DNA of 64,000 nt from Bacteroidales bacterium (GTDB taxonomy: Bacteria > Bacteroidota > Bacteroidia > Bacteroidales > VadinHA17): NCBI GenBank assembly GCA_011620595.1, contig WOYX01000062.1, positions 40,300-104,299 on the forward strand. Direction: 5' to 3'. The position numbers were made by a program, and so were the translations under genes. The notes under the pieces are model-generated. The model was given only the letters and a program-made list of their open reading frames with translations, ran no database searches and had not been told where the DNA came from. How positions within the stretch are numbered: position 1 is the stretch's first letter; every line of letters begins with the position of its first letter. This document shows, in pieces, positions 30,815 through 41,173 of the stretch.

Positions 30815-32728
30815 ATGAAATCACTTATCCGGTTTTTTGAAGAGAATGTTGAAAAGTATGCCTCCAACGTATGCCTGTGGGAAAAGCTTCAGGACAAGTA
30901 TGAAGGCACCACCTATCAGGAGACACGCAGACAGGTACAGGAGTTCGGTGCCGGCCTCATGCAGCTGGGCATCAGGAAAGGTGACCGGGTAAGTATGCTC
31001 TCCGATGGCAGAAATAGCTGGGTGATTGGTGAGATGGGGATTCTCTATGCAGGGGGAGTGAACGTGCCGATCTCCATCAAGCTTAATGCCGAGGAGATCA
31101 AATTCAGGCTGATCCATTCAGGATCAAAGATGGTCATCACCTCCAGCACCCAGGCGCCGAAGATTCTTGAGATCAGGGAACAGTGCCCCGAACTGGAGAA
31201 GGTGATATTCATGGATCCCAGGGAGGAGTATACTGAGGGGCAGATTCATTTCAACGAGATCAGGAAGATAGGACGCGAATGGCTGGAGAACCCGGGCAAC
31301 AGGAAGAAGTTTGAGGAGTTCACATCATCCATTGAACCATCAGACTTTGCCAATATCTGTTATACTTCAGGCACTATGTCCGATCCCAAGGGCATCATCC
31401 TTACTCACGGCAACTACGTGACCAACGTTTACCAGTCATACAGCCTGATGGACATACCACAGTACTACAAGACCCTCCTGATATTGCCGTGGGATCACTC
31501 TTTTGCACACACGGCAGGGATCTACGCCTTTATAGGCAAGGGAGCCAGTATAGCGTCGGTAAAGGTCGGCAAGACTCCCATGGAGACACTCCGCAACATA
31601 CCTGTATGCCTGAAGGAGATCAAGCCCAATCTTCTCCTGAGTGTTCCGGCGCTGGCAAAGAACTTCCGGAAGAACATAGAGAAAGGTATAAAGGAGAAGG
31701 GAAGGATGACGGAGGCGCTGTTCAACTTCGCCCTGAAGATGGCATATTCGTATAACAAGGAGGGATACAACAAGGGAAAGGGAATACAGAAGATCAAAAA
31801 ACCGCTGCTCAGGCTCTTCGACAAAATCCTCTTCAGCAAGGTACGGGAGGCCTTTGGCGGGGAGCTCGACTTCTTCATCGGGGGCGGCGCGCTACTTGAC
31901 ATTGAGTTGCAGCGGTTCTTCTATGCCATCGGGGTACCCATGTACCAGGGTTACGGGCTCTCAGAGGCCTCTCCCATCATCTCCTCCAACTCAGCCAGAC
32001 GGCATAAGCTGGGTTCATCAGGCTATCTCGTAAACAACATGGACCTGAAAATATGCGATGAAAACGGAAATGAGCTTCCCGTAGGAGGCAAGGGCGAGAT
32101 TGTCATCCGGGGAGGCAATGTAATGTATGGCTACTGGAAGAATGAGAATGCCACCAATGAGGTCATCCGTGACGGCTGGCTCTACACCGGTGACATGGGA
32201 TATATGTCCGAAGACGGTTTCCTCTATGTACTGGGACGGTTTAAGAGTCTTCTCATCGCCGATGACGGTGAGAAGTTCAGTCCTGAAGGCATCGAAGAGG
32301 CCATAAGTGAGCAGTCGAAATACATTGACCAGTGTATGCTTTACAACAACCAGAAACCCTACACCATCGCTCTGATCGTTCCTAATCAGCATGCCCTGAA
32401 GATTTACCTGGAGGACCGCAATCTCACCGCCACCACCGAGGAGGGCAAGCGTGCCATACTGAACCTTATAGAGAATGAGGTAAATGAATACCGCATCAAC
32501 GGAAAGTACGGCCATATGTTCCCTCATCGCTGGCTTCCGGTGGCAATTGGCATTCTCAATGAAAGCTTCAATGAAGAAAACGGTATGATGAACTCTACCA
32601 TGAAGATTGTGAGGGGCAAGATCACCGAAAGGTACAGTGACCTGATTGAGTGGCTCTACACCCCCATGGGGAAGATCACCTACAATGAAAGAAACATGGA
32701 AGAGGTCGAGAAGATGAAGCTTGGCTGA
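30815..32728 (+). CDS. Long-chain fatty acid-CoA ligase (AMP-binding)
   Basis: YTSGTMSDPKG, YQGYGLSE, WLYTGDMG, LGRFKSL. Confidence 0.9.
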   Translation: MKSLIRFFEENVEKYASNVCLWEKLQDKYEGTTYQETRRQVQEFGAGLMQLGIRKGDRVSMLSDGRNSWVIGEMGILYAGGVNVPISIKLNAEEIKFRLIHSGSKMVITSSTQAPKILEIREQCPELEKVIFMDPREEYTEGQIHFNEIRKIGREWLENPGNRKKFEEFTSSIEPSDFANICYTSGTMSDPKGIILTHGNYVTNVYQSYSLMDIPQYYKTLLILPWDHSFAHTAGIYAFIGKGASIASVKVGKTPMETLRNIPVCLKEIKPNLLLSVPALAKNFRKNIEKGIKEKGRMTEALFNFALKMAYSYNKEGYNKGKGIQKIKKPLLRLFDKILFSKVREAFGGELDFFIGGGALLDIELQRFFYAIGVPMYQGYGLSEASPIISSNSARRHKLGSSGYLVNNMDLKICDENGNELPVGGKGEIVIRGGNVMYGYWKNENATNEVIRDGWLYTGDMGYMSEDGFLYVLGRFKSLLIADDGEKFSPEGIEEAISEQSKYIDQCMLYNNQKPYTIALIVPNQHALKIYLEDRNLTATTEEGKRAILNLIENEVNEYRINGKYGHMFPHRWLPVAIGILNESFNEENGMMNSTMKIVRGKITERYSDLIEWLYTPMGKITYNERNMEEVEKMKLG

Positions 32729-32749
32729 TACCCGATAGATTTATTGCAC

Positions 32750-34633
32750 ATGAAACTGAAAATCTTACCGGTTGCCCTGGGTGCAGTGGCTCTGTTGACA
32801 TTCTGCACAGATGACAGGACTCCGGCATGGCAGCCGGCGGAGAATCCTCTTTTCACTACCTGGGGTGAAAACATCGATCCCCTCTCCCCATGGCCGGAGT
32901 ACCCGCGGCCGGGTATGGTACGTAACGGATGGATGAGTCTGAACGGGCAATGGGACTATGCCATATGCAGCAGGGATGAGGAGCGCCCCGATCCTGAAGG
33001 TAAGATCCTTGTCCCCTACCCTGTTGAGTCAGCTCTCTCCGGAGTAAAGCGAATGATGTCCGACTCTCTTGCGTTGTGGTATTCACGGGAGTTTGTCATT
33101 CCGAAGACATGGAAGGAAAAACAGCTGATACTTAATTTCGAAGCATCAGACTGGGAGACGAAGGTATGGATAGACGACAACTTCGCCATCAGTCACCGCG
33201 GGGGCTATGACCCCTTCTCATGCAATATCACTCCCTACCTCTCAGGCAGGAAGAAGCACACCATAGTGGTCAGGGTCACCGACCCCGTTGACAACGGCAG
33301 TCAGCCAAGAGGTAAGCAGGTCTCCCAACCAAAAGGCATCTGGTATACTCCCACTACCGGCATATGGCAGAGCGTCTGGCTGGAGCCTGTAGAAAAGACC
33401 TGGATAGGCGAAATCCGTATTGTGCCTGACATTGACAGGGAAATGCTGACGGTCACCATTACCGAAGAGCGCTGCCAGGGTCCTGAGGACTGTCCACCGG
33501 TAGATATGGCTCCTTCGCTTGCCGAGGTTACGGTAATGTATGACGGTGAGACAATAGCAACCGGATCAGCCTTCACAGAGAGTGCCATTGAGTTGCAGAT
33601 ACCCTCGCCGAAGCTTTGGACTCCGGATGACCCGGCCCTGTATGACATCAGGGTCCGGCTTATTACGGGAGGAACAGTGACGGACGAGGTGCTCTCCTAT
33701 GCAGGCATGAGGAAGATATCCCTCGGCACTGACGCTGACGGCTTCACCAGAATAATGCTCAACAACGGTTTTGTGTGGCAAAACGGCACCCTGGACCAGG
33801 GCTTCTGGCCTGACGGCATATACACTCCTCCTTCGGATGAAGCGATGGTATACGACGTTGAGATGCTCAAGAAGATGGGGTTCAACATGCTGCGAAAACA
33901 TGTCAAGGTGGAGAACAGGAGATTTTATTACCATACCGACAGGCTTGGTATGCTTGTCTGGCAGGATATGCCCAGCGGTGATGATTATATCTGGGGAGAT
34001 ATGCCCGACATCACCAAAAGCGAAGCCGATTCGGCACAATTCATGACAGAGCTTGCCAGGATGATAGAGACAAAGTACAACTATCCGTCAGTGGTCATGT
34101 GGGTAATCTATAATGAGGGGTGGGGACAGTACAATACTGCCGCGGTCACTGATTATGTTGCCGCCCTGGATACCACGCGACTTGTCAACAGCGCCTCAGG
34201 CTGGACCGACAGGGGAACCGGACACGTCAGGGATGTGCATCACTACCCGGAGCCTGTGGCACCTCCGGCTGAAAGAGAGAGAGCCATTGTGCTTGGTGAA
34301 TTCGGAGGACTGGGACTGCCGGTGGAGGGTCATACCTGGGAGCAGAAGAACTGGGGTTACCGTAACATGGGTGATGCAGCCGACCTGCTCGGAAAATATG
34401 AAGAGTATTATGATGCTGTCAGGCAGATGGTTTCGGAGAAAGGGCTCAGTGCCTCAGTCTATACACAGACCACTGACGTTGAGACTGAGACCAACGGGCT
34501 GATGACCTATGACCGGAAGGTTGACAAGATGGGATTTGAAAATGTGCGAAAAGCGATGGTCAGTCCGCCGTCGGAAGCCACCAGTGACAACCGGAAGTCG
34601 GCAGTGATAGCCGCCACTGACAACCGGCAGTAG
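32750..34633 (+). CDS. Glycoside hydrolase family 2 (beta-galactosidase-like), probable lipoprotein
   Basis: EYPRP..LNGQW, HRGGY, GIWQSVWLE, LDQGFWPDG, RKHVK, NEGWG acid/base, GEFGG nucleophile; ATG at 32750. Confidence 0.9.
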   Translation: MKLKILPVALGAVALLTFCTDDRTPAWQPAENPLFTTWGENIDPLSPWPEYPRPGMVRNGWMSLNGQWDYAICSRDEERPDPEGKILVPYPVESALSGVKRMMSDSLALWYSREFVIPKTWKEKQLILNFEASDWETKVWIDDNFAISHRGGYDPFSCNITPYLSGRKKHTIVVRVTDPVDNGSQPRGKQVSQPKGIWYTPTTGIWQSVWLEPVEKTWIGEIRIVPDIDREMLTVTITEERCQGPEDCPPVDMAPSLAEVTVMYDGETIATGSAFTESAIELQIPSPKLWTPDDPALYDIRVRLITGGTVTDEVLSYAGMRKISLGTDADGFTRIMLNNGFVWQNGTLDQGFWPDGIYTPPSDEAMVYDVEMLKKMGFNMLRKHVKVENRRFYYHTDRLGMLVWQDMPSGDDYIWGDMPDITKSEADSAQFMTELARMIETKYNYPSVVMWVIYNEGWGQYNTAAVTDYVAALDTTRLVNSASGWTDRGTGHVRDVHHYPEPVAPPAERERAIVLGEFGGLGLPVEGHTWEQKNWGYRNMGDAADLLGKYEEYYDAVRQMVSEKGLSASVYTQTTDVETETNGLMTYDRKVDKMGFENVRKAMVSPPSEATSDNRKSAVIAATDNRQ

Positions 34634-34696
34634 GCAGTCTTCTGCAGTGATAGCCGCCAGTGACAACCAGAAGTCGGCAGTGATAGTCGGCAGTCG
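34576..34696. repeat. Imperfect 33-bp tandem repeat spanning the GH2 stop codon
   Basis: AGCCRCCASTGACAACCRGMAGTMGGCAGT units at 34576, 34609 and 34652, followed by GTCGGCAGT and GACTGAA short repeats. Confidence 0.85.
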
Positions 34697-34735
34697 TTAA
34701 CTCATTGAATGACTGAAGACTGAAGAGCAGACTGA

Positions 34736-35287
34736 TCAGACGATCAGTCTGTTCTTGAATGGCAGGAAGGTCATGAAGTCAGCGTGGTGTACGATATAGG
34801 CCTCCGTTGTGCGCTTCACAAGGTCTCCCTCATGGGCATGGGCAGCAATAATATGACACACCTCGGGGGGGACCCCGCACTCTTCGGCCAGGCTGACGCC
34901 TGAGAAGGGATGCCTGAGATACTGACCATATTTGCCCTGCAGGGCCTTGCCGGTTGCATCAAGCTCATATTCAAGCATCTTACCAACATCTGCAAGGATA
35001 GCTCCTGCAATGAGGACATCCATGTTAACTGGCAGCTCACTGCGGAAGAACTCGTTCATCTTCATTCCGGCGTCACGGGCCACATGTACGACACACCTCT
35101 TGTGGTCCATGAAGGTAACCTTCAGGTCCGGTCCGCAAAGAAGTGTAAAGGGGATGCGGTTCAGGTCGTCAGCGGTGAGGACGCTTCTTTCAAGGGCCGT
35201 CTCCCATGTGCGGGCTGTCTTCTCCCTGAGCTCAGGGTCACTTATCCATTCCAGCTCAGGCCATAGTTTCTTAACCTCTTCAGTCAT
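34736..35287 (-). CDS. HD-superfamily (HDIG-like) protein with HD->AD substitution
   Basis: DH, AGAILADVGK, LRHPFSG, IAAH, HHADF motifs. Confidence 0.8.
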   Translation of the reverse strand: MTEEVKKLWPELEWISDPELREKTARTWETALERSVLTADDLNRIPFTLLCGPDLKVTFMDHKRCVVHVARDAGMKMNEFFRSELPVNMDVLIAGAILADVGKMLEYELDATGKALQGKYGQYLRHPFSGVSLAEECGVPPEVCHIIAAHAHEGDLVKRTTEAYIVHHADFMTFLPFKNRLIV

Positions 35288-35293
35288 GACATA

Positions 35294-36490
35294 CTATTTT
35301 AATGCTGCGATGATCGCATCAGTCATCTGTACGGTGGAGGCGGCACCCATGGCTATCACTTCAGGATTGCCGGTCATCTTCATCATGTCGTAGGTCCGTA
35401 CCTTACCCTCTTCAATCACTGCTGCCACGGCATTCCTGATGCTGGCGGCAATTGGTTTTTCGTCAATATAGTCGAGCATCATGCATGCCGACTCAATCAT
35501 AGCCACAGGGTTAACGATAGGCACATCATAACTTGCATATTTGGGGGCTGAACCGTGGGTCGGCTCAAATACTCCTATACCCTCTTCTGAAAACTGTGCA
35601 CTGCAGGCAAATCCCAGACCGCCAATAAGGCCGGCAAAGGCATCAGACACAATATCACCAAACATGTTTCCGGCAACTATCACCCCGTAATCTTCCGGGT
35701 TCTTGGTCAGCCACATCATCTGGGCGTCAATATTGGTGTTCCAAAGCTGTATGGCAGGATACTCATTCTTCTGCATCTCTTTGGCTATCTTCCACATTAG
35801 TCCTGATGTCTCACGGATAACATTTGGTTTTTCGCAGACGGTGACAGATTTGTAGCCGTATTTTACCGCATGCTCAAAGGCTGCCCTTACTATCCGCTCA
35901 GTATATTTCTTTGTAAATATGCGTGTTGAGATGGCCAGCTCTTCTTTGGGGCACCATCCGAAATTACTGCGGAACTTGGGATGTGTCATCAGTGCGTCGT
36001 ACACCTGCTCCGGGGGGTTTGACCATTCAACTCCACCGTAGAGCCCTTCAGTGTTCTGGCGGAATATAACTACGTCAACCATCGGTTCTTCCGGGTTGCC
36101 GTCCCTGCCGCGCCGGATGAAGTTCAGGGGGTTGCCCTTGTAACTGCGGCAGGGTCTGACGCAAATATCCAGTCCGAAATGCTGTCTGAGCCCCACAATG
36201 GGACTGCTGTAAGTAAATCCCCTGCCCTGCAGTTCGGGAGCCAGTTCGGCAGCAGCATCATCCTTGGGTTTGGAGGTTATTGCTCCGAACAGGGCGATCT
36301 TATGCTCAGCGATAAGGTCAATGGTTCGTTTTGGAAGAGGGTTGCCTTCGCGACACCAGAAATCCCATCCGATGTCACCGTAAACATATTCAGCATCAAA
36401 GCCTGCTGCCTCAAGGACTCGCACTGCCTGTTCCAGGACCACGGCACCTATTCCGTCACCGGGTAGTGCCACAATTGTACGTTTAGCCAT
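35294..36490 (-). CDS. Isocitrate/isopropylmalate/homoisocitrate dehydrogenase family protein
   Basis: LPGDGIG, RQNTEGLY, KPNV, NMFGDIVSD, FEPTHGSAPKYA. Confidence 0.9.
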   Translation of the reverse strand: MAKRTIVALPGDGIGAVVLEQAVRVLEAAGFDAEYVYGDIGWDFWCREGNPLPKRTIDLIAEHKIALFGAITSKPKDDAAAELAPELQGRGFTYSSPIVGLRQHFGLDICVRPCRSYKGNPLNFIRRGRDGNPEEPMVDVVIFRQNTEGLYGGVEWSNPPEQVYDALMTHPKFRSNFGWCPKEELAISTRIFTKKYTERIVRAAFEHAVKYGYKSVTVCEKPNVIRETSGLMWKIAKEMQKNEYPAIQLWNTNIDAQMMWLTKNPEDYGVIVAGNMFGDIVSDAFAGLIGGLGFACSAQFSEEGIGVFEPTHGSAPKYASYDVPIVNPVAMIESACMMLDYIDEKPIAASIRNAVAAVIEEGKVRTYDMMKMTGNPEVIAMGAASTVQMTDAIIAALK

Positions 36491-36601
36491 ATCTGTTCTA
36501 TTTAACTGGGTTTTTCATGTGCCGTAAAAATATGGTTTTTATTGTGTTAAAAAAAAGAGTTTCAGCAAGTATATTTTATGAACGTTGCAATGGAAAAAAA
36601 C

Positions 36602-36609
36602 TATATTTG
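36602..36609 (+). promoter_or_regulatory. Bacteroidota sigmaA -7 element for pepD
   Basis: TATATTTG about 35 bp upstream of ATG 36645, with TTG upstream. Confidence 0.55.
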
Positions 36610-36644
36610 CCACCTAATCTGTTATTTCACGCAATAAGGAAACA

Positions 36645-38111
36645 ATGGGGGAATTAGAGGATATCAAGCCGAGGAGAGTATGGAGTTATTTTGAGGAGAT
36701 AAGCCGGATACCGAGACTATCAAAGAATGAGGGAAGGATAAGGGAATATTTGCTGGACTTTGCAAAAAAGCACAACCTGCAAGCCAGGGAAGACAGTGTC
36801 GGCAACATATTGATCATCAGGGAGGCTGCTCCGGGCAAGGAGAAGGTAGCCACGGTTGTATTGCAGTGCCATCTTGACATGGTGGGTGAAAAGAATGCCT
36901 CACACCCCCACAACTGGGAGACCGACCCTATCATTCCCGTCATTGACGGTAAGTGGGTCACCGCAAGCGGCACCACCCTGGGTGCCGATGACGGCATCGG
37001 CATGGCTGCCCAGATGGCTGTCCTTACAGATTCTTATCTTCAGTGTGGCCGCATTGAATGTCTCTTCACGGTTGATGAGGAGTCGGGCATGACCGGGGCA
37101 ATAAATTTGCAATCCGATTTCTTTACAGGCCGCATACTGCTAAATCTCGATTCTGAAGACGAAGGCATTCTGTTTATAGGCTGTGCCGGGGGTATAGACA
37201 CACAGGCTGTCCTTCCGTTTACGCCTGTACCGGTAGCTGCAGGCCACAGGGCCATGAACATATCTTTAACCGGACTTCACGGCGGCCATTCGGGTGATGA
37301 GATACACAAGGGGTACGGCAACTCCATTAAGATTATTTCCCGCCTCATGCAGAACCTTGAGAAGAACTACGGAATCCTGATCAGTAACTTTACGGGAGGC
37401 AACCTGAGGAATGCCATACCCAGGGAGGCATTTGCAACGATAACCTTTGATCCTCAGCATGAGGAGAAAATACTTTCAGACACTGCCGCCTTCAATGAGC
37501 TTATCCGTGAGGAATACGGTCCTCTTGAGCCCGATCTGAAGGTAGCTGCCACGCCTTCTGATCTCCCGGCTACCGTTATTGATGCTCAGACCCAGCACCG
37601 TCTGCTGAGTGCCCTGAGTATTGTACCCCACGGTGTTCTCGGGTGGTCAAAGGAGATACCTGACCTTGTGGAGACATCCAGTAATCTGGCTACCATAAGG
37701 CTCACTGAAGAGAACACCATCCATGTGGTGACAACCCAACGCAGCTCCTCGGAAGAGGCAAAGCAATATGCAATGATGAAGGCAGAGGCAGGTTTTGACC
37801 TTGCCGGGGCAAAAGTAACCCATTCAGACGGATATCCGGGATGGAAGCCGAACATGAATTCAGCCATCCTCAGGTTGATGATCGACTCATATCGCAAGCT
37901 TTTCGGCAAGGTACCGCAGGTAAAGGCCATTCATGCCGGGCTGGAGTGCGGACTGATCCTTGAGAAATACAAGGGAATAGACATGATCTCCTTCGGACCG
38001 ACAATCAAGGGAGCTCACACCCCGGAAGAGAGGATAGAGATAGAGACGGTTCAGATGTTCTGGGATCTGCTCATCGATGTCCTCAGGCATATCCCTGAAG
38101 AAAACCAATAG
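36645..38111 (+). CDS. pepD: Aminoacyl-histidine dipeptidase (M20C)
   Basis: LQCHLDMV, TTLGADDGIG, TVDEESGM, NLDSE, GGHSG, IHAGLECG, SFGP..AHTPEE. Confidence 0.93.
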   Translation: MGELEDIKPRRVWSYFEEISRIPRLSKNEGRIREYLLDFAKKHNLQAREDSVGNILIIREAAPGKEKVATVVLQCHLDMVGEKNASHPHNWETDPIIPVIDGKWVTASGTTLGADDGIGMAAQMAVLTDSYLQCGRIECLFTVDEESGMTGAINLQSDFFTGRILLNLDSEDEGILFIGCAGGIDTQAVLPFTPVPVAAGHRAMNISLTGLHGGHSGDEIHKGYGNSIKIISRLMQNLEKNYGILISNFTGGNLRNAIPREAFATITFDPQHEEKILSDTAAFNELIREEYGPLEPDLKVAATPSDLPATVIDAQTQHRLLSALSIVPHGVLGWSKEIPDLVETSSNLATIRLTEENTIHVVTTQRSSSEEAKQYAMMKAEAGFDLAGAKVTHSDGYPGWKPNMNSAILRLMIDSYRKLFGKVPQVKAIHAGLECGLILEKYKGIDMISFGPTIKGAHTPEERIEIETVQMFWDLLIDVLRHIPEENQ

Positions 38112-38125
38112 CAGCTTTTATTCTG

Positions 38126-38147
38126 CCTCCCTAAACTCATCGGGAGG
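38126..38147. terminator. Possible hairpin terminator between convergent pepD and rubredoxin
   Basis: CCTCCC-N10-GGGAGG inverted repeat; no clear U-tract. Confidence 0.35.
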
Positions 38148-38166
38148 AGAGTACTGACAATGAGAC

Positions 38167-38328
38167 CTATTCCACCTCCGTAAAATCATCGGAAGGAGCA
38201 CCGCAGACAGGGCATGCCCATTCTGCCGGCAGCTCTTCAAAAGCAGTTCCCGGGTCAACCCCGTTCTGTTCGTCTCCTGTTTCGGGATCGTAGATATATC
38301 CGCAGACCGGACACCTGTATTTGTTCAT
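38167..38328 (-). CDS. Rubredoxin (53 aa; absent from the ORF track)
   Basis: Manual translation [53 protein letters not shown]; two CxxCG knuckles and the GT.F..LP..W.CP.C signature. Confidence 0.97.
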   Translation of the reverse strand: MNKYRCPVCGYIYDPETGDEQNGVDPGTAFEELPAEWACPVCGAPSDDFTEVE

Positions 38329-38345
38329 TGAATTTAGTAGTTGGT

Positions 38346-39896
38346 TTACCTACTTACTTTTCGTACCGAGTCTATGACAGTGCCGTCCACCCATTTGATG
38401 GCTGCCACCACCCTGTCGTCAAAAGCAGCTTTCTCCGGCTTTCCGCAGATCCTTTCAGCCATCTCCTTCAGCTCTTCCACCGTCACCAGTGGCAGCCCCT
38501 TGCCCCTGACGGAGTCAAGCAGATCCTGCCTGCGCGGATTGATGGCGATACCCCGCTCGGTTATGATTACGTCAATGAGTTCACCTGGGCCGCACAGTGT
38601 TGTCACCTGGTCAACTATCACCGGAATCCTGTCACGGAAAAGAGGTACGGGCAGAATGACATTCCGGGCGTGAAGGCAGTTTTGCCACCCTCCTATGCCA
38701 TGCAGCATCAATCCGTCAGAGTGAGTGACAACATTGCCGTTGAACTCAGTGTCAATCTCCGTGGCTCCAAGGATCATGATGTCCATCATGGTTGTCAGGT
38801 TGCCCTTGGAATGGTAGTTATAGGCGTTGAAAACCGAATAGGGTATATGATTCGGATTCTCCTCCACTGATCTGACAGCGTCAAGGTCAAAAGCCTGGGC
38901 GTCAAGGATATATCCCATCTGTCCCTCTTCCAGCATCTTTACCATATATTTTGTGCTGCCACCGAAGCCGAAGCTTAGCTTCCAGCCTTTCTTTTTCAGC
39001 ATCTCATGGACAAAGACAGCAATGGCCAGGCTGGTGCCTCCGGCTCCCGCCTGCATTGTGGCACCGTCATACAGCAATCCTGATTTCTCGAGGAACATGG
39101 CTGTAAGTTCAGCGATGAGCAGCCTGTCGGGACTCCTGGTGATCTGTGTTGTTCCCGATACTATTTTTTCTGGTATTCCCAGTTTGTCAACCACAACCAC
39201 GCAGTCAACATAATTTCCCTCTATCTCCATGGGGAAGCAGGGCAGGTCAACAAGGTTGTCGGTTACCACTATCACCCTGTCGGCATACAGGTAGTCTGCC
39301 TTGGCATAGCCCAGCACACCCGTTGCGGAGGGTCCTCCCGTGCCTTTTGCGTTACCGAAGGAATCAGCTGCCGGGGCTGTGATGACAGCTATGTCTATCT
39401 TCACCTCGCCGTCCTGTATGGCCTGCACCCTTCCACCGTGAGAACGGAGCACAGCCGTGCCCTTCATCCTTCCTTCAGAGACGAACCTGCCCAGGGGTCC
39501 GTTCATGCTCCCTTCGATGCGGTTTATAGTGCCATCCTCGAGATATTTTATCACCGGTTCATTGCAGGGAAATGATGCGGAGGGCAGCCAGACGAGGTCT
39601 TTTACGCCCATCTCCGCAGCGATGTCAAATATCCGGTTATTGACCAGGTCGCCGTCGCGCAGGTGATGGTGAGTTGATACGGTCATGCCGTCACGCAGTC
39701 CGCAGCGTTCCAGGGCCTCACGGAGTGAGGCGACAACCTTGTTGTTGTCGCCCGGGTAATCAATGCATGTGGGCAGGGGAGGGCCATATTTCCTGCCTGA
39801 GGGACGGTGCTTGCCGACGCCCTTGAAAGGGACAGCCTCGTGCCCGTTTATTTCATCCGGCACCAGGCGGCCGGCAGCATTTTCTATCATTTTCAT
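38346..39896 (-). CDS. citF: Citrate lyase alpha subunit-like acyl-ACP/CoA transferase
   Basis: [66 protein letters not shown]; ATG at 39896. Confidence 0.88.
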   Translation of the reverse strand: MKMIENAAGRLVPDEINGHEAVPFKGVGKHRPSGRKYGPPLPTCIDYPGDNNKVVASLREALERCGLRDGMTVSTHHHLRDGDLVNNRIFDIAAEMGVKDLVWLPSASFPCNEPVIKYLEDGTINRIEGSMNGPLGRFVSEGRMKGTAVLRSHGGRVQAIQDGEVKIDIAVITAPAADSFGNAKGTGGPSATGVLGYAKADYLYADRVIVVTDNLVDLPCFPMEIEGNYVDCVVVVDKLGIPEKIVSGTTQITRSPDRLLIAELTAMFLEKSGLLYDGATMQAGAGGTSLAIAVFVHEMLKKKGWKLSFGFGGSTKYMVKMLEEGQMGYILDAQAFDLDAVRSVEENPNHIPYSVFNAYNYHSKGNLTTMMDIMILGATEIDTEFNGNVVTHSDGLMLHGIGGWQNCLHARNVILPVPLFRDRIPVIVDQVTTLCGPGELIDVIITERGIAINPRRQDLLDSVRGKGLPLVTVEELKEMAERICGKPEKAAFDDRVVAAIKWVDGTVIDSVRKVSR

Positions 39897-39915
39897 GACC
39901 GGTAATCTCTTTAGG

Positions 39916-41139
39916 TTATTCCTCTGGCTCCTGTTCCTCCCAGTTTTCGGGCAGCAATCCCAGCCGTACGGCAAGAGCAATGGTTTTCTCAGCACGTGCC
40001 ACCACGGGAGGGTCAATCATCTTCGAGCCCAGGGCTACCACGCCCAGCCCTCTTCTCCGGGCTTCACGGAAGGCAAGGACAATCTTCTTTGCCTTTTCAG
40101 TCTCTTCAGGCTCCGGCGAGAACCCTTTTCTGATGACAGCTATCTGGCGGGGGTGTATACAACCCATCCCTTCAAATCCCATTGCCTTGGATCTCAGCAC
40201 GTTGTCAAGCAGTCCCTCCATGTCTGCCACATCCGAGAAGACTGAGTCGATAGGTTGTATCCCTGCTGCCTTGGCTGCCACCACAAGACGGTTGCGTGCA
40301 TAGAGTGACTCCAGTCCCTCCTTTGTACGTTGCACTCCAAGGTCAGCCGTATAATCTTCGAGGCCTATTGCCATGGCCACCACGGAGGAGGAGGAGGTGG
40401 CGATCTCAAATGCCTTTTCCACGCCGGCAGCGCTCTCTATGATAGGCATCAGGAACACTGGCCGGCCGATTTTTTCTCTCTCCCTGATCTCCCCGATCCG
40501 CTCATCAATCTTCATTACCGACTCCCTGCTTTCGCATTTGGGTATAAGCACAAGGTGGACATTGTGAGGAATCACATAATCCAGATCCTCCAGTCCGCGA
40601 TCTCCCTGGTTGATACGTACCATTCTCTCGGCACCATAGAAATCCACGGCCCGCAGTGCATTCCTGACCAGTATCCGTGCTTCGTCCTTTTTCTCCGGGG
40701 CTACCGAATCCTCCAGATCAAGTATCACACCATCGGGTGAGTGAAGTCCGGCATTCAGGAACATGCCCGGGTTGTTTCCCGGGAGGTAGAGCCGTGAGAA
40801 GCGGAATCTGCCTCTCTCTGAGGCGTAACGGTTCTCTGCAATCATTTCGGGAAGGAATGGGGCTGGCATCCGGCCCAATGCCCTGACTGCTGCCTCCACC
40901 CTGGCCGCAATAACAAAGGGAAGAGCCCCGGAGTCATCGACTTTCATCCGGGCGTTTTCAATCCCGAAGTATCGGAGAAGATCACGGCACTGTTTCTCAA
41001 TGGCATTGCCGTACATTGTTTTTACCTTTGACCTGATCTCGAGCTCGACACCGCCAGAGGCAGTACTTTCAAGAGTCACCTCAATGTCAGATCTCACTTT
41101 TGGCCCGGTGTTACCGGTCACTGCCTGTTTCATCTCCAT
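39916..41139 (-). CDS. citE: CitD (acyl carrier)-CitE (citryl-CoA lyase-like) fusion protein
   Basis: N-terminal CitD-like domain (RSD..S.V..YG..I..DDSGAL..I.ARVEAAV) fused to CitE (SRLYLPGNNP, LDLEDSVAP, VRIN, IIESA, GLEDYTADLG, CIHPRQ, MIDPP). Confidence 0.88.
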   Translation of the reverse strand: MEMKQAVTGNTGPKVRSDIEVTLESTASGGVELEIRSKVKTMYGNAIEKQCRDLLRYFGIENARMKVDDSGALPFVIAARVEAAVRALGRMPAPFLPEMIAENRYASERGRFRFSRLYLPGNNPGMFLNAGLHSPDGVILDLEDSVAPEKKDEARILVRNALRAVDFYGAERMVRINQGDRGLEDLDYVIPHNVHLVLIPKCESRESVMKIDERIGEIREREKIGRPVFLMPIIESAAGVEKAFEIATSSSSVVAMAIGLEDYTADLGVQRTKEGLESLYARNRLVVAAKAAGIQPIDSVFSDVADMEGLLDNVLRSKAMGFEGMGCIHPRQIAVIRKGFSPEPEETEKAKKIVLAFREARRRGLGVVALGSKMIDPPVVARAEKTIALAVRLGLLPENWEEQEPEE

Positions 41140-41173
41140 TTTTCAGGGGAATTTTTAACAAACTTAATAAAAA

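Noticed and set aside
34576-34696. CRISPR array or insertion sequence
   Set aside because: No unique spacers, terminal inverted repeats or transposase
38214-38870. 218-aa plus-strand ORF from the track
   Set aside because: Antisense to citF and the rubredoxin, with no recognisable motifs
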